Positions 19,291 to 28,622 of a DNA stretch of 64,000 nucleotides are shown here, piece by piece. Location: assembly GCA_964637955.1 (NCBI GenBank), contig CAZWXQ010000001.1, positions 292,849 to 356,848 on the forward strand. Direction: 5' to 3'. Under the pieces are notes generated by a model. It saw only the letters and a list, made by a program, of their open reading frames with translations, made no database searches and was not told where the DNA came from. The stretch comes from an uncultured Gammaproteobacteria bacterium (GTDB taxonomy: Bacteria; Patescibacteriota; Microgenomatia; Levybacterales; UBA12049). Each line of letters opens with the position of its first letter. Position 1 is the first letter of the stretch. The translations under genes were made by a program, and so were the position numbers.

Positions 19291-19764
19291 TTATTTAATA
19301 CTATTTATATAATTACTGCTCGAAAATCCTTCCAGCTTTTTGATTTCTATAAGCTTGGCATTCACCTTTTTGCATTGTTCCTTTCTTCTAGAGATGTTTT
19401 TATCACCTTTAGTGAGTGCAATGTAATCAGGCTGAATTTGGACTATAAGTTTATCATAATCTTCGTTTTTTGTCATCCCCGAAAGTGGAATTATGTAGTC
19501 AACTGATGAAAGAGTTTTTAGAAGGGAGGATCTTATGTTCTGCGTGTTTATAGGCCTAGTATTTCCTTTATATTTTTTAATGTTTTCGTCGCTTTCAAGA
19601 AGTAGGAATAATTTATCAGCTATATTTTTTGAGTCCGAGAGAAATTTTATATGACCTGGATGTAAAATATCAAAGCATCCACCTACTAAAACAATGGTTT
19701 GTTTTTTTTGTTTTATGTTTTTTGAAATTTGGGCAGCTTCATCAATTTTTATAATTTTTTTCAC
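19291..19764 (-). CDS. Cytidylyltransferase-family nucleotidyltransferase (RfaE2/TagD/RibL-like)
   Basis: GGCFDILHPGH, KGNTRPIN, SSS. Confidence 0.85.
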   Translation of the reverse strand: MKKIIKIDEAAQISKNIKQKKQTIVLVGGCFDILHPGHIKFLSDSKNIADKLFLLLESDENIKKYKGNTRPINTQNIRSSLLKTLSSVDYIIPLSGMTKNEDYDKLIVQIQPDYIALTKGDKNISRRKEQCKKVNAKLIEIKKLEGFSSSNYINSIK

Positions 19765-21221
19765 TGAGTTTTAGTGCCTCTTAAAAATACTGCTTGCCAA
19801 GGTCTGTAGTTTGATCGAAAGGTATCTGAAATAATTACTTTTCCATCTCTGGTAACCGTTCTGGTAAATACTGTGTTTGCTCCAGCCGCTGCGAAATCTA
19901 CTTGTTTTACAGTTCCTGCGGGAAGTGTTGGATCATCTTCAAATTTGGCTTCTGGGGCAGGGCTTTGATTTGTAATTACAGGAGTTGTAACTTCACTAAT
20001 TCTTCCGTCACTTGTGCCATAGATCATAAATGTAAGCCTTAGCTCTTCAGGATCTAGGATGCTTTGAACCAATATGTGATGTCCGGTGTCATTTTTAAAT
20101 TTAAAATCGACTGATGGAACATAAACTGTCGCATCGATTCCTGGTGAAGAATCTTGCTCATAATAACCTACTCTGTAAGCATGTGCATGTCTTTCAACTA
20201 TTGGGAGTCCTGCGTTCAATGCAGCTCTAAAAAGGGTAGTAGATACTTGGCAAATTCCACCCCCATCGCCCAGCACTGTTTTTCCTCCTGATATTACATA
20301 AGCTTGTTTGTATCCTGTTAACGAAGAAACATCGCCTACTGTTTTAGCAAATGAAAATGTTTCCCCAGGGGGAACTAGTGTTCCATTAACCCTGCTTGCT
20401 CCAAGCGCTACATTAAAAATTCTGCTTTCAATGGAATGTTGATAAGTGGAAGTGCCAGATCCAATTAATTCTTTTATTCCCATCTTATTAACTTTTTCTG
20501 TTGTAAGGTTTGGCGAGAGAGTTTTCACTGGTATATCAATTTTTATAATTCGTATGCTTTCTGAATTTGTAGAATTTCCACCCTTAGCAATGACTTGCTT
20601 CGTTAACTCCTCTTTATTAATCTCTCTTCCATTTTCGGATGCCCTAAACTCCGCAACCCTTCCATCTTGGAAATTAAATACTGCTTCAACTGGGGCCTTG
20701 TTTATTTTTACATACAATGGATCAAGTTTTTCCTCTAATTTTTCGTCAGAATACTTATATGCGGGGGAAAGATTTACGCCATTTATGTAAGATTGAATTA
20801 TCATTCCCACACTTGTTACGGGATCTTTTGTTCTTCCAATGCTCATTGCTTGAGTGGCGAGTAGGTTTTCATCGTATCCAAAGTCGATATCTTTTGCAGA
20901 AATAGTAGCTACCTCTTTTTCAAACTTAAATTCAAATTGAGAATTTGATAAATCACTATTTTTTTGGGTAAAATAATTTTTAACTTCGCTTTCTGATTTT
21001 TTGCTAAAATCCACTCCGTTTATGCTGACGCCAGGATAAATTTTGCCTTTATAATAGTTTTGGAATGCTAAATAGGTGAAACTCGTAATTAAAAATAGGG
21101 AAATTATTGCACCAACTGAGAACCAAAAAACAATTCGTGAAGCATTTTTTACATGCCTCTTTGTAATTTTTGGTTTCTGTTCTAATTCTTTTTCTTGTGT
21201 TTTAACTTTCGAAGATTTCAT
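19761..21221 (-). CDS. VanW-family protein with peptidoglycan-binding and G5-like domains
   Basis: N-terminal TM; GGGICQVSTTLFRAALNAGL, ERHAH, GIDATVY, DFKFKN. Confidence 0.9.
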   Translation of the reverse strand: MKSSKVKTQEKELEQKPKITKRHVKNASRIVFWFSVGAIISLFLITSFTYLAFQNYYKGKIYPGVSINGVDFSKKSESEVKNYFTQKNSDLSNSQFEFKFEKEVATISAKDIDFGYDENLLATQAMSIGRTKDPVTSVGMIIQSYINGVNLSPAYKYSDEKLEEKLDPLYVKINKAPVEAVFNFQDGRVAEFRASENGREINKEELTKQVIAKGGNSTNSESIRIIKIDIPVKTLSPNLTTEKVNKMGIKELIGSGTSTYQHSIESRIFNVALGASRVNGTLVPPGETFSFAKTVGDVSSLTGYKQAYVISGGKTVLGDGGGICQVSTTLFRAALNAGLPIVERHAHAYRVGYYEQDSSPGIDATVYVPSVDFKFKNDTGHHILVQSILDPEELRLTFMIYGTSDGRISEVTTPVITNQSPAPEAKFEDDPTLPAGTVKQVDFAAAGANTVFTRTVTRDGKVIISDTFRSNYRPWQAVFLRGTKTQ

Positions 21222-21255
21222 TGATTAAGGAGTATTGGTATTATACTATATAATA

Positions 21256-22764
21256 ATGGAAGAAGGAACGTTTCCGAAAGATCCAGATAGTGCTATGCCC
21301 GAGCCTAAAGACTCCTGGGAAAATTCTTCCAATATTCTTAATAATCCATCTGAAGTAAATCCACATACTTCAAATCCTCCTCCAATTGTTTTTAAATCAA
21401 ATTCAGGAAATGAAAATGATGAGAAAAAATTATCTTCAGGAGATTCATCAAAGAAAATTTTAAAACTTGTAATTGGAATGTTTGTAGTATTGACTATTAT
21501 TCTTTCGGTCCTCACATTTATTGTGCCTAGATTTACTGAAAAAAAAGTTAAGGATGTGACACTTACTTACTGGGGACTTTTTGAAGATGAAAGTATAGTA
21601 AGGCCAGTTCTTGATCAATTTCAAGAAGAAAATCCCCACATTAAAGTTGAATATAAAAAACAAGAATTACCAGAATATTTAGACAGACTTTTGGTTCGTT
21701 CTGCAAATGGAAACGGGCCCGATGTTTTTAGATTCCATAATACTTGGTATCCAACTCTCTCTGGTCTTTTATTACCACTTCCTAAGGAGACAATTGAAAA
21801 AAGTCAATTTAATGATAATTATTACGATGTCACAAAAGGAGATTTAATTAAAAGAGGCACGATTTACGGCATACCACTTCATTCAGATACTCTCGCTCTT
21901 TTTATAAACACTTCTTTGTTTCAGCAAATGTCTTCAGAAACAGGTAGTGAAATTCCAATTCCTAATACTTGGCAAGAGTTTATAGACTCATCAGTGTCTT
22001 TAACGAAAAGAGATGAGAATGGAGCGATTTCAATTGCTGGAGCAGGTATTGGAACATATGATAATGTGACTCATGCTCCTGATATAATTTCTCTTTTGTT
22101 TGCTCAGAATGGTGTAGATCTTGCAAATCCTTCAGCAAGTCAAGAGAAAATAGCAGACGCAATGAGATTTTATACGAATTTTGCTGCTGTAGAAAATAAT
22201 GTTTGGGATGCAACGCAAGATTCTACAAAAATTGCTTTTTCGCAAGGAAAACTTGCTATGTATTTTGGTTATTCTTGGGACTTGGCCGACTTTAAAAAAC
22301 AGAATCCGAATCTTCAAATTAAAGTTGTACCTGTTCCTCAGTTGATAAGTGATGAGAAGATAAATATCGCGAGTTATTGGGTAGAGGGAATCTCTCAGAA
22401 AAGTAAGCATCCGACTGAATCTGCTCTACTTTTAAAATTCTTGGCAAGAAGTGATATTGCGGAAAAACTCTATGTAGAGCAAGCGAAATCTAGACAAATC
22501 GGGGAGCCTTATTCGTATAAGAGTCTTGCCGAGAAATTAAAAGATACGGACTCATTTATTTTTGTTGATCAGTCAAATACTGCAGAGTCTTCTATTTTCG
22601 TAAGTGATACTTTCAATGCGTCTTATAACGACAAATACAATGAGCATATTAGACAAGCTACAAATTCTATTTTAAATGGTGATTCTGAATCTAGTGCAAC
22701 AGAAGCTATGTTAAAAGGGTTCGCTCAAACCACGCTTGAATTCAGTGGAGCAAGTAAGAAGTAA
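21256..22764 (+). CDS. Membrane-anchored extracellular solute-binding protein (sugar SBP family)
   Basis: TM then LTYWG, GPDVF, YGIPL..DTLALF.N, P.TWQE, FSQGKLAM. Confidence 0.85.
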   Translation: MEEGTFPKDPDSAMPEPKDSWENSSNILNNPSEVNPHTSNPPPIVFKSNSGNENDEKKLSSGDSSKKILKLVIGMFVVLTIILSVLTFIVPRFTEKKVKDVTLTYWGLFEDESIVRPVLDQFQEENPHIKVEYKKQELPEYLDRLLVRSANGNGPDVFRFHNTWYPTLSGLLLPLPKETIEKSQFNDNYYDVTKGDLIKRGTIYGIPLHSDTLALFINTSLFQQMSSETGSEIPIPNTWQEFIDSSVSLTKRDENGAISIAGAGIGTYDNVTHAPDIISLLFAQNGVDLANPSASQEKIADAMRFYTNFAAVENNVWDATQDSTKIAFSQGKLAMYFGYSWDLADFKKQNPNLQIKVVPVPQLISDEKINIASYWVEGISQKSKHPTESALLLKFLARSDIAEKLYVEQAKSRQIGEPYSYKSLAEKLKDTDSFIFVDQSNTAESSIFVSDTFNASYNDKYNEHIRQATNSILNGDSESSATEAMLKGFAQTTLEFSGASKK

Positions 22765-22782
22765 AAGTACTACTAGAGGGCA

Positions 22783-22811
22783 TTGACAAGGGTTTTCATT
22801 TGTTCTAGTAT
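22783..22811 (+). promoter_or_regulatory. Sigma70-type promoter for greA
   Basis: TTGACA-N17-TAGTAT. Confidence 0.6.
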
Positions 22812-22860
22812 TGGCAATAATAACATTCCCTCATCTTTTTCCGAGGGATTTTCTATATAT

Positions 22861-23322
22861 ATGGACAGTAAAAAAATATATTTAACAAAAGAAGGATTGG
22901 ATGAACAGCAAAAGGAATATGATGACCTTACTAAGGTAAAAAGACCGGAAATCCTTGAGCGACTTTCTGCGGCTCGAAATATGGGTGATCTGTCAGAGAA
23001 TGCAGAATACACCGTTGCTCGTGAAGAGCTCTCTTTTATCGATGGGCGAATTGATGAATTGGAAGAAATTCTAAAACAAGTGGTTATTATTAGTAATAAT
23101 CATTCAAGTACGATAAAATTGGGTTCAACAGTGAAAGTCCACACAGGAAAAGATAATGAAGAGTTTACTGTTGTTGGCGAATGGGAAGCAGACCCTAAGG
23201 AGAAAAAGATTTCACATGAATCTCCACTTGGAAAAGCTTTGATTGGTAAAAAAGTTGGAGAAAAAGTAGAAGTTGAAGCTCCTGCTGGGAAAATTGTATA
23301 CACAATCGAAGCAATTGAATAA
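22861..23322 (+). CDS. greA: Transcription elongation factor GreA
   Basis: LTKEG, GDLSENAEY, ISHESPLGKALIG, APAG; start at ATG 22861. Confidence 0.96.
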   Translation: MDSKKIYLTKEGLDEQQKEYDDLTKVKRPEILERLSAARNMGDLSENAEYTVAREELSFIDGRIDELEEILKQVVIISNNHSSTIKLGSTVKVHTGKDNEEFTVVGEWEADPKEKKISHESPLGKALIGKKVGEKVEVEAPAGKIVYTIEAIE

Positions 23323-23331
23323 GGTTAAAGA

Positions 23332-24546
23332 ATGACCAATTCTCAAAACGATCACATCTCCAAATTTTATAACTTCCTAGAAGAATCCATTTCAAATTTT
23401 AAATCTCCAAAAATTGTAGAATCAGGGCAAGGTGCATATCTAAAAATAGATGGGATAGATAAGTTAAATTTTTGTTCTAGTCATTATTTGGGATTTCCTC
23501 AAAATCCACGGATTAAAGAAGCTGTCAAAACAATAGTAGATAAGTATGGAATAGCAACTGGTTATAGAACTTTGGCAGGTTCTCACGCTTTACACATAGA
23601 GCTTGAAAGCTCTATTGCTAAATTTAAGGGGACGCAGGATTCTGTTACCTTTTCGAGCGCGTATTTAGCAAACTGTGCAGCAATAACTACAATTATTGGA
23701 AAAGAAGATATTGTGATTTCAGATGAGCTTAATCATGCTTCAATAATTGACGCGGTAAGACTTTCTGGAGTAAAAAATAAGTTAATTTATTCGCATACAG
23801 ATATGGCAAGTCTTGAAGAAAAATTAAAAGAAGCAGATTTTCTTAGGAAGACTCCAAAAAGTAATGGTGATTCTCCTTTGGTTTTAGTAATTACTGATGG
23901 TGTATTTTCTATGGATGGTGACATAGCTCCACTCCCAAAAATATTGAAGTTAGCAAGGGAGTCTGGTGCATTGGTTATGGTCGATGATGCTCACGGTGAA
24001 GGAGTGTTGGGAAAGGGTGGAAGGGGCGTTGTAGATCACTTTGGATTGTTAGGAGAAATAGATATTGAAGTCGGAAGTTTATCCAAAGCATTTTCATCAA
24101 GCGGAGGATTTATCGCAGGAAATAAAAATATTGTCACTTATTACAAGATGAATGCCCGTCAGAGACTTTTTTCAGCATCATTATCTTTGGCTGATAGTGC
24201 AGCAGCACTTGAGGCAATTAAGATTTTAATTGAATCTGATGAGCCAGTTAAAAAACTTTGGGAGAACGTTGAATATCTTAAAAAAGGATTTAGTGATCTA
24301 GGATTTGATACTGGAAAAAGTGAATCTCCAATTACACCAGTTATGATAGGAGATGAAGATAAGGCAAAAGAATTTAGCTTAAAATTATTTGAAGAAGATG
24401 TATATGCAACACCAATTGTTTTTCCAATGGTTGCTAGAGGAAAAGCTAGAATTAGAGTGATTCCATCTGCAGCTCATAGCAAGGAAGACCTTGATAAGGG
24501 AATTGCAGCTTTTGATAAAATCGGAAAGCAGCTTGAAATAATATGA
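23332..24546 (+). CDS. kbl: PLP-dependent alpha-oxoamine synthase, probably glycine C-acetyltransferase
   Basis: NFCSSHYLG, SDELNHASIID, DGVFSMDGD, VDDAHGEG, GSLSKA, ARIRV; paired with a threonine dehydrogenase-like gene. Confidence 0.8.
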   Translation: MTNSQNDHISKFYNFLEESISNFKSPKIVESGQGAYLKIDGIDKLNFCSSHYLGFPQNPRIKEAVKTIVDKYGIATGYRTLAGSHALHIELESSIAKFKGTQDSVTFSSAYLANCAAITTIIGKEDIVISDELNHASIIDAVRLSGVKNKLIYSHTDMASLEEKLKEADFLRKTPKSNGDSPLVLVITDGVFSMDGDIAPLPKILKLARESGALVMVDDAHGEGVLGKGGRGVVDHFGLLGEIDIEVGSLSKAFSSSGGFIAGNKNIVTYYKMNARQRLFSASLSLADSAAALEAIKILIESDEPVKKLWENVEYLKKGFSDLGFDTGKSESPITPVMIGDEDKAKEFSLKLFEEDVYATPIVFPMVARGKARIRVIPSAAHSKEDLDKGIAAFDKIGKQLEII

Positions 24547-25487
24547 AAAAAATTTTGGTAACTGGAGCATTTGGTTTAGTCGGCACTGAGCTTGTTGACG
24601 CACTTCATAATAAATATGGTAAAGAAAATGTAATTGCAGTTGCTCATAGCAAAAAGCCTGAAAAATTTGAAGGTATTTTGGAGCAAGGAGATGTTACAGA
24701 AAAAGAAAGCATCGTTAAGATAGTTAAAAAACATAAAGTTGATACTATTTATCATCTTGCAGGAATACTTTCAGTGGGAAGTGAAAAAACTCCTTCGTTG
24801 GCATGGGATGTCAATTTAAATGGTTTAAGAAATGTTTTAGATGTAGCAAAAGACGAGAGTCTAAAAGTTTTCTGGCCGAGTTCAATTGCCGCTTTTGGTC
24901 CAACTACCCCAAAGGAAAACACTCCTCAACAAACAGTTCTTGAACCTACAACTATCTATGGCGTTGCTAAAGTTGCTGGAGAGCTTTTATGTCAATATTA
25001 TTTTAATAGATACGGTGTGGATGTTCGTAGTCTTCGCTATCCAGGTCTTAACGGGTGGAAAGCAGAGCCTGGAGATGGGACTACTGAATATGCGATTCAT
25101 ATTTTTTATGGCGCAATAAGAGATGGAAAATATGTATGTCCTCTAAAGCCAGACACAAGGCTCCCGATGATGTATTTAGACGATGCAATCAAGGGTACAA
25201 TAAAGCTTATGGAAGCAGATCCAGAGTCTATTGCTATTAGAACAAGTTATAATTTCGCAGGAATTTCATTTACGCCTGCTGAGCTCGTTGTAGAAATTAA
25301 AAAAATAATGCCCGAGTTTGAAGTTACTTACGTCCCAAATAGCTCTCAGGCGATTGCTGATTCTTGGCCTAAGACGATCGATGATTCTAAGGCGAGAACT
25401 GATTGGGGCTGGAAGCCAGAATTTGATCTTCCTAAAATGACAGAAGCCTTAATGGAAAATTTAAAAAACAAACTTAAATCCTCTTAA
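24543..25487 (+). CDS. SDR/epimerase-type L-threonine 3-dehydrogenase
   Basis: TGAFGLVG, PSSIAAFG, PTTIYGVAK, RSLRYPG, GTTEYA, LPMMY..DA, QAIADSWP. Confidence 0.85.
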   Translation: MKKILVTGAFGLVGTELVDALHNKYGKENVIAVAHSKKPEKFEGILEQGDVTEKESIVKIVKKHKVDTIYHLAGILSVGSEKTPSLAWDVNLNGLRNVLDVAKDESLKVFWPSSIAAFGPTTPKENTPQQTVLEPTTIYGVAKVAGELLCQYYFNRYGVDVRSLRYPGLNGWKAEPGDGTTEYAIHIFYGAIRDGKYVCPLKPDTRLPMMYLDDAIKGTIKLMEADPESIAIRTSYNFAGISFTPAELVVEIKKIMPEFEVTYVPNSSQAIADSWPKTIDDSKARTDWGWKPEFDLPKMTEALMENLKNKLKSS

Positions 25488-25522
25488 TTTTATTTCCATC
25501 ACTTTTTTGAGATAATCCAAAC

Positions 25523-26512
25523 ATGAAAAAATATAGCTTAGCTGTTTGTGGTGGAACCTTTGACTTGCTTCACTCAGGTCACAAAAGTTTTTTGAAAGAA
25601 ATTTTTGAAAATTCTGAAAGAGCGATAATTGGCTTAACTTCTGATGAATATGCTGCTAAGAAAAATTTGGAAATTCAAAAATTTGATTTTAGAAAAAATG
25701 AGCTGATAAATTATCTAAATACTTTTGCTAAAGACGATTATGAGATTTTAGAAATACATGATGTTTTTGGTCCCTTGTTAGACAAGGATTTGATGGTAGA
25801 AGCTTTATTCGTAACACCTGAAACTAAAAATGGTGCAGAAATTGTAAATAAAAGAAGAAAAGAGTTAAATTTCGTGTCCTTAAAAGTTGAAATCATAGAT
25901 ATGAAAAAGGCTGAAGACGGAGGTTTCATTTCTAGCACTAGAATTAGAAAAGGAGAAATTAATAGAGATGGACACGTTTACATAAAAAAAGAATGGTCAG
26001 CTAAAACTTTTCGATTGCCACAAACTCTTAGGAATGAATTGCAAAAACCTTTTGGCAAAATCTTACATAAAGTTCCTGATAAATTGGAAGGATCAAAAGT
26101 TATAACAATTGGAGACATAACAACACAAGAATTCAATAAAAAAAGTATAAATCAAATTCTTTCAATTGTAGATTTTCAAGTTCAGAGAGAAGAAAAATTT
26201 ACTGAAATTTCCGAATTGGTTTTTAATGGTAAAACTGAGATTGAAAAGGTTAAAAATTTAGCTGGGGAGATTAATGGAAAGATATTTGGAAAGATTAAAA
26301 ATTCATTAGAATCAAAGAATAGAAAAATAATTCTCATAGATGGAGAGGAAGACTTAATCGTAATTCCTGCAATTTTAATATCTCCATTAGGATTCAGGAT
26401 TTATTATGGTCAACCAAATGTGGGACTTGTTGAAATAATTGTTAAAGAAGAAATTAAAGAAAAAATTTATAAGTTATTAAATAAGTTTGAAGTATATTTT
26501 TTTGACAAATAA
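25523..26512 (+). CDS. Archaeal/eukaryote-type phosphopantetheine adenylyltransferase fused to DUF359 (GTP-dependent dephospho-CoA kinase)
   Basis: GGTFDLLHSGH, GLTSDE, VTPET, ISSTRIRKGEI; then ITIGDITT, VDFQVQR, DGEEDL, YYGQPNVG. Confidence 0.88.
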   Translation: MKKYSLAVCGGTFDLLHSGHKSFLKEIFENSERAIIGLTSDEYAAKKNLEIQKFDFRKNELINYLNTFAKDDYEILEIHDVFGPLLDKDLMVEALFVTPETKNGAEIVNKRRKELNFVSLKVEIIDMKKAEDGGFISSTRIRKGEINRDGHVYIKKEWSAKTFRLPQTLRNELQKPFGKILHKVPDKLEGSKVITIGDITTQEFNKKSINQILSIVDFQVQREEKFTEISELVFNGKTEIEKVKNLAGEINGKIFGKIKNSLESKNRKIILIDGEEDLIVIPAILISPLGFRIYYGQPNVGLVEIIVKEEIKEKIYKLLNKFEVYFFDK

Positions 26513-26530
26513 ATTTTATTTTGAGATAAT
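26502..26530 (+). promoter_or_regulatory. Sigma70 promoter of the leader peptide
   Basis: TTGACA(26502)-N17-GATAAT(26525), with TG extension; ATG follows 7 nt later. Confidence 0.75.
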
Positions 26531-26537
26531 GCATTTT

Positions 26538-26606
26538 ATGTTTAAGTTCGAAGTTTCTAAAAAGTCTAAGAAGAACCTCTCTTTGAGGGGCTTTGTCTTG
26601 GCGTAA
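26538..26606 (+). CDS. Putative attenuator leader peptide MFKFEVSKKSKKNLSLRGFVLA
   Basis: 22-codon ORF with KKSKK; its 3' half overlaps the antiterminator arm. Confidence 0.7.
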   Translation: MFKFEVSKKSKKNLSLRGFVLA

Positions 26607-26627
26607 AGTTTCAGAAACTTAAAAGAC

Positions 26628-26653
26628 AAACCCCTCTATAGGAGGGGTTTTTT
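26628..26653 (+). terminator. Intrinsic terminator of the attenuator
   Basis: AAACCCCTC-TATAG-GAGGGGTTT-TTT, about 40 nt before the next ATG. Confidence 0.85.
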
Positions 26654-26695
26654 AGTGGTTAAAAATTTATTAGTCATTATTCAAGAAATATTATT

Positions 26696-27547
26696 ATGAG
26701 TGAATTTATTAATTATTCAAATGCAGATTTTAGTGCTAGCCTAAATGATAGTTCGATTGGTCAGGTTTTTGCTGGAGAACTGAATGTTCATGCTCAGATT
26801 TCAATTGCAAATATTGAAACGCTTGGATATTGTCCAGATTTGAATCGGATAACTGAGGCTATACATAGAGAACCCGGAACTGTTTTGGATTCATCACTTG
26901 AGTCAGTAGTAAATAGTTTTATGCAAATGAAAGCAGTCACTTTAATGGATGGAGCTGAAGCTGTTGGTTATGTTAGGTATACACCTCTTTTAGATGGAGA
27001 TAAAAAAAGACAATTAGGTCTTAGGGATGATTTTCCAGATATTGACGAGACAGGAACAGCGATCATTTTACGCGAATATAGAGGACATCATTATTATCCA
27101 AGACTTCGAACTGCTCTTTTATCTTTAAGAGCACAGGATATGAAAGATGGAAAAGTTTTAATTCTAGGTACAACTAAAAGTCCAAAAATTATTGAATCGC
27201 TTGATGATTCAAATGCGTTGGGTCTGGAATTTGACGTAGTTGATTTTATGGAGGTTGAAAATGTCTCAGCTCACACTTGTGTTTGTGAAGGAGATTTTGG
27301 AAATGGATTCCAGAATGGTATAAACTGTCCAAATAGAGCTACGAATGAAGATTTGATTCAAATAGCTAGGCATGATTGGCAAGGACTCCAAAAAAGAGGT
27401 AGAATGATTGATGGGAAAATTCCCTGTACACTGTACTTATCAAACGCTCGTTTAGCTAGATCTTTGAATGATGAGGTACGAGAGCAATTTGGATCTTTAG
27501 ATAACTTGATAAAAGCGCTTAAGGATGTGGGACATTATGAAAAATAA
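26696..27547 (+). CDS. GNAT-like acetyltransferase domain protein with a Cys-rich C-terminal part
   Basis: AVGYVRY...ETGTAIILREYRGHHYY (motif A-like); CVC...CP...PC. Confidence 0.55.
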   Translation: MSEFINYSNADFSASLNDSSIGQVFAGELNVHAQISIANIETLGYCPDLNRITEAIHREPGTVLDSSLESVVNSFMQMKAVTLMDGAEAVGYVRYTPLLDGDKKRQLGLRDDFPDIDETGTAIILREYRGHHYYPRLRTALLSLRAQDMKDGKVLILGTTKSPKIIESLDDSNALGLEFDVVDFMEVENVSAHTCVCEGDFGNGFQNGINCPNRATNEDLIQIARHDWQGLQKRGRMIDGKIPCTLYLSNARLARSLNDEVREQFGSLDNLIKALKDVGHYEK

Positions 27548-28607
27548 AAAATTATTAGATCAATTTTTGGAGTTAGTAAAAATAGATAGTCCTACTGGGC
27601 AAGAAGATAAAATCGCTGATTATATTTTGAACTATTTTAGAGAAAGAAAAATAGGAGTTAATAAAGATCCATTCGGAAACGTTATAGCAAAAATTAGTGG
27701 TTATGGTGAGCCTTTGTTTTTGTCTGCGCATATGGACACTGTGGAGCCAGGTAGAGGAATTCAGCCGATCATAAAGAATGGAGTTATAAAAAGCTCAGGT
27801 GACACTATTCTTGGTGCTGACAACAAAGATGCATTATCATCAATACTTTCAGTAGTAGATTATTTAATTCAAGAGAAAATTGAATATCGAAGTTTGGAGC
27901 TGGTTTTTACAGTTAGCGAGGAATCTGAATGTTTAGGTGCTGTAAAGCTTGATTATAAAAAAATTAAATCTAAAAAAGGTTTTATTTTTGATGCTGCAAA
28001 GCCAATCGGAACAATTATAACTGCCTCTCCATATTATCTAAGATTTGATATTGAAATTTTAGGAAATTCTGCTCATGCATCTCGTCCTGAGATAGCAAAC
28101 AATTCAGTATTAGTTTTCGCTGATGCTATGAGGAGAATAAAGCTTGGGAAAATTGACGATAAAACAATCGCAAATATTGGAATTGTTTCTGCTGGACATG
28201 CAAGAAATACTATTCCTGGACAGATGAAATTGATAGGGGAAGTAAGAAGTTTTGAAAATGGTGTTGTCGAAAAAGTTTCAAAAAATATTGTGAGTGAATT
28301 TGATAAATCGGCAAAAAAATATGGTTCAAAAATTAAATCTGATATTGTTTTAGAGAACCCAGGGTATGAGTATAGTCAGAGTGATCCAATTATAAAGTTT
28401 GCAGAAAAAATACTCTTAAAAAATGGTGAAAAAGTATTTCTAGAAAGATATCAAGGATGTAGTGATGCTAATATTTTTATAGATAAAGGATTAAAGATTT
28501 TAAATTTTGGTAATGGAAGTAAAAATGCGCATACAATTAATGAAGAAATTTCTATAAAAAATTTGGAAAGACTTTTTAACTTAATTCTTTCATTAGTAAC
28601 TTCGTAA
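27537..28607 (+). CDS. M20/M25/M40 metallopeptidase (PepT-like)
   Basis: LVKIDSPTGQE, AHMDTV, LGADNK, VSEE, AHAS.PE, SDAN, AHT.NE. Confidence 0.9.
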   Translation: MKNKKLLDQFLELVKIDSPTGQEDKIADYILNYFRERKIGVNKDPFGNVIAKISGYGEPLFLSAHMDTVEPGRGIQPIIKNGVIKSSGDTILGADNKDALSSILSVVDYLIQEKIEYRSLELVFTVSEESECLGAVKLDYKKIKSKKGFIFDAAKPIGTIITASPYYLRFDIEILGNSAHASRPEIANNSVLVFADAMRRIKLGKIDDKTIANIGIVSAGHARNTIPGQMKLIGEVRSFENGVVEKVSKNIVSEFDKSAKKYGSKIKSDIVLENPGYEYSQSDPIIKFAEKILLKNGEKVFLERYQGCSDANIFIDKGLKILNFGNGSKNAHTINEEISIKNLERLFNLILSLVTS

Positions 28608-28622
28608 TAGTAAAATACGAAT

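Noticed and set aside
19761-21221. VanW as evidence of vancomycin resistance
   Set aside because: No van ligase, vanH/X or vanRS genes; VanW-domain proteins are widespread cell-wall proteins.
22783-22860. TTG start extending GreA by 26 aa
   Set aside because: The TTG is part of the -35 box; GreA homology starts at ATG 22861.
26610-26660. T-box or lysine riboswitch explanation of the leader
   Set aside because: The leader is too short (about 115 nt to the terminator) and lacks the T-box GGTGGNACCGCG sequence and L-box architecture.
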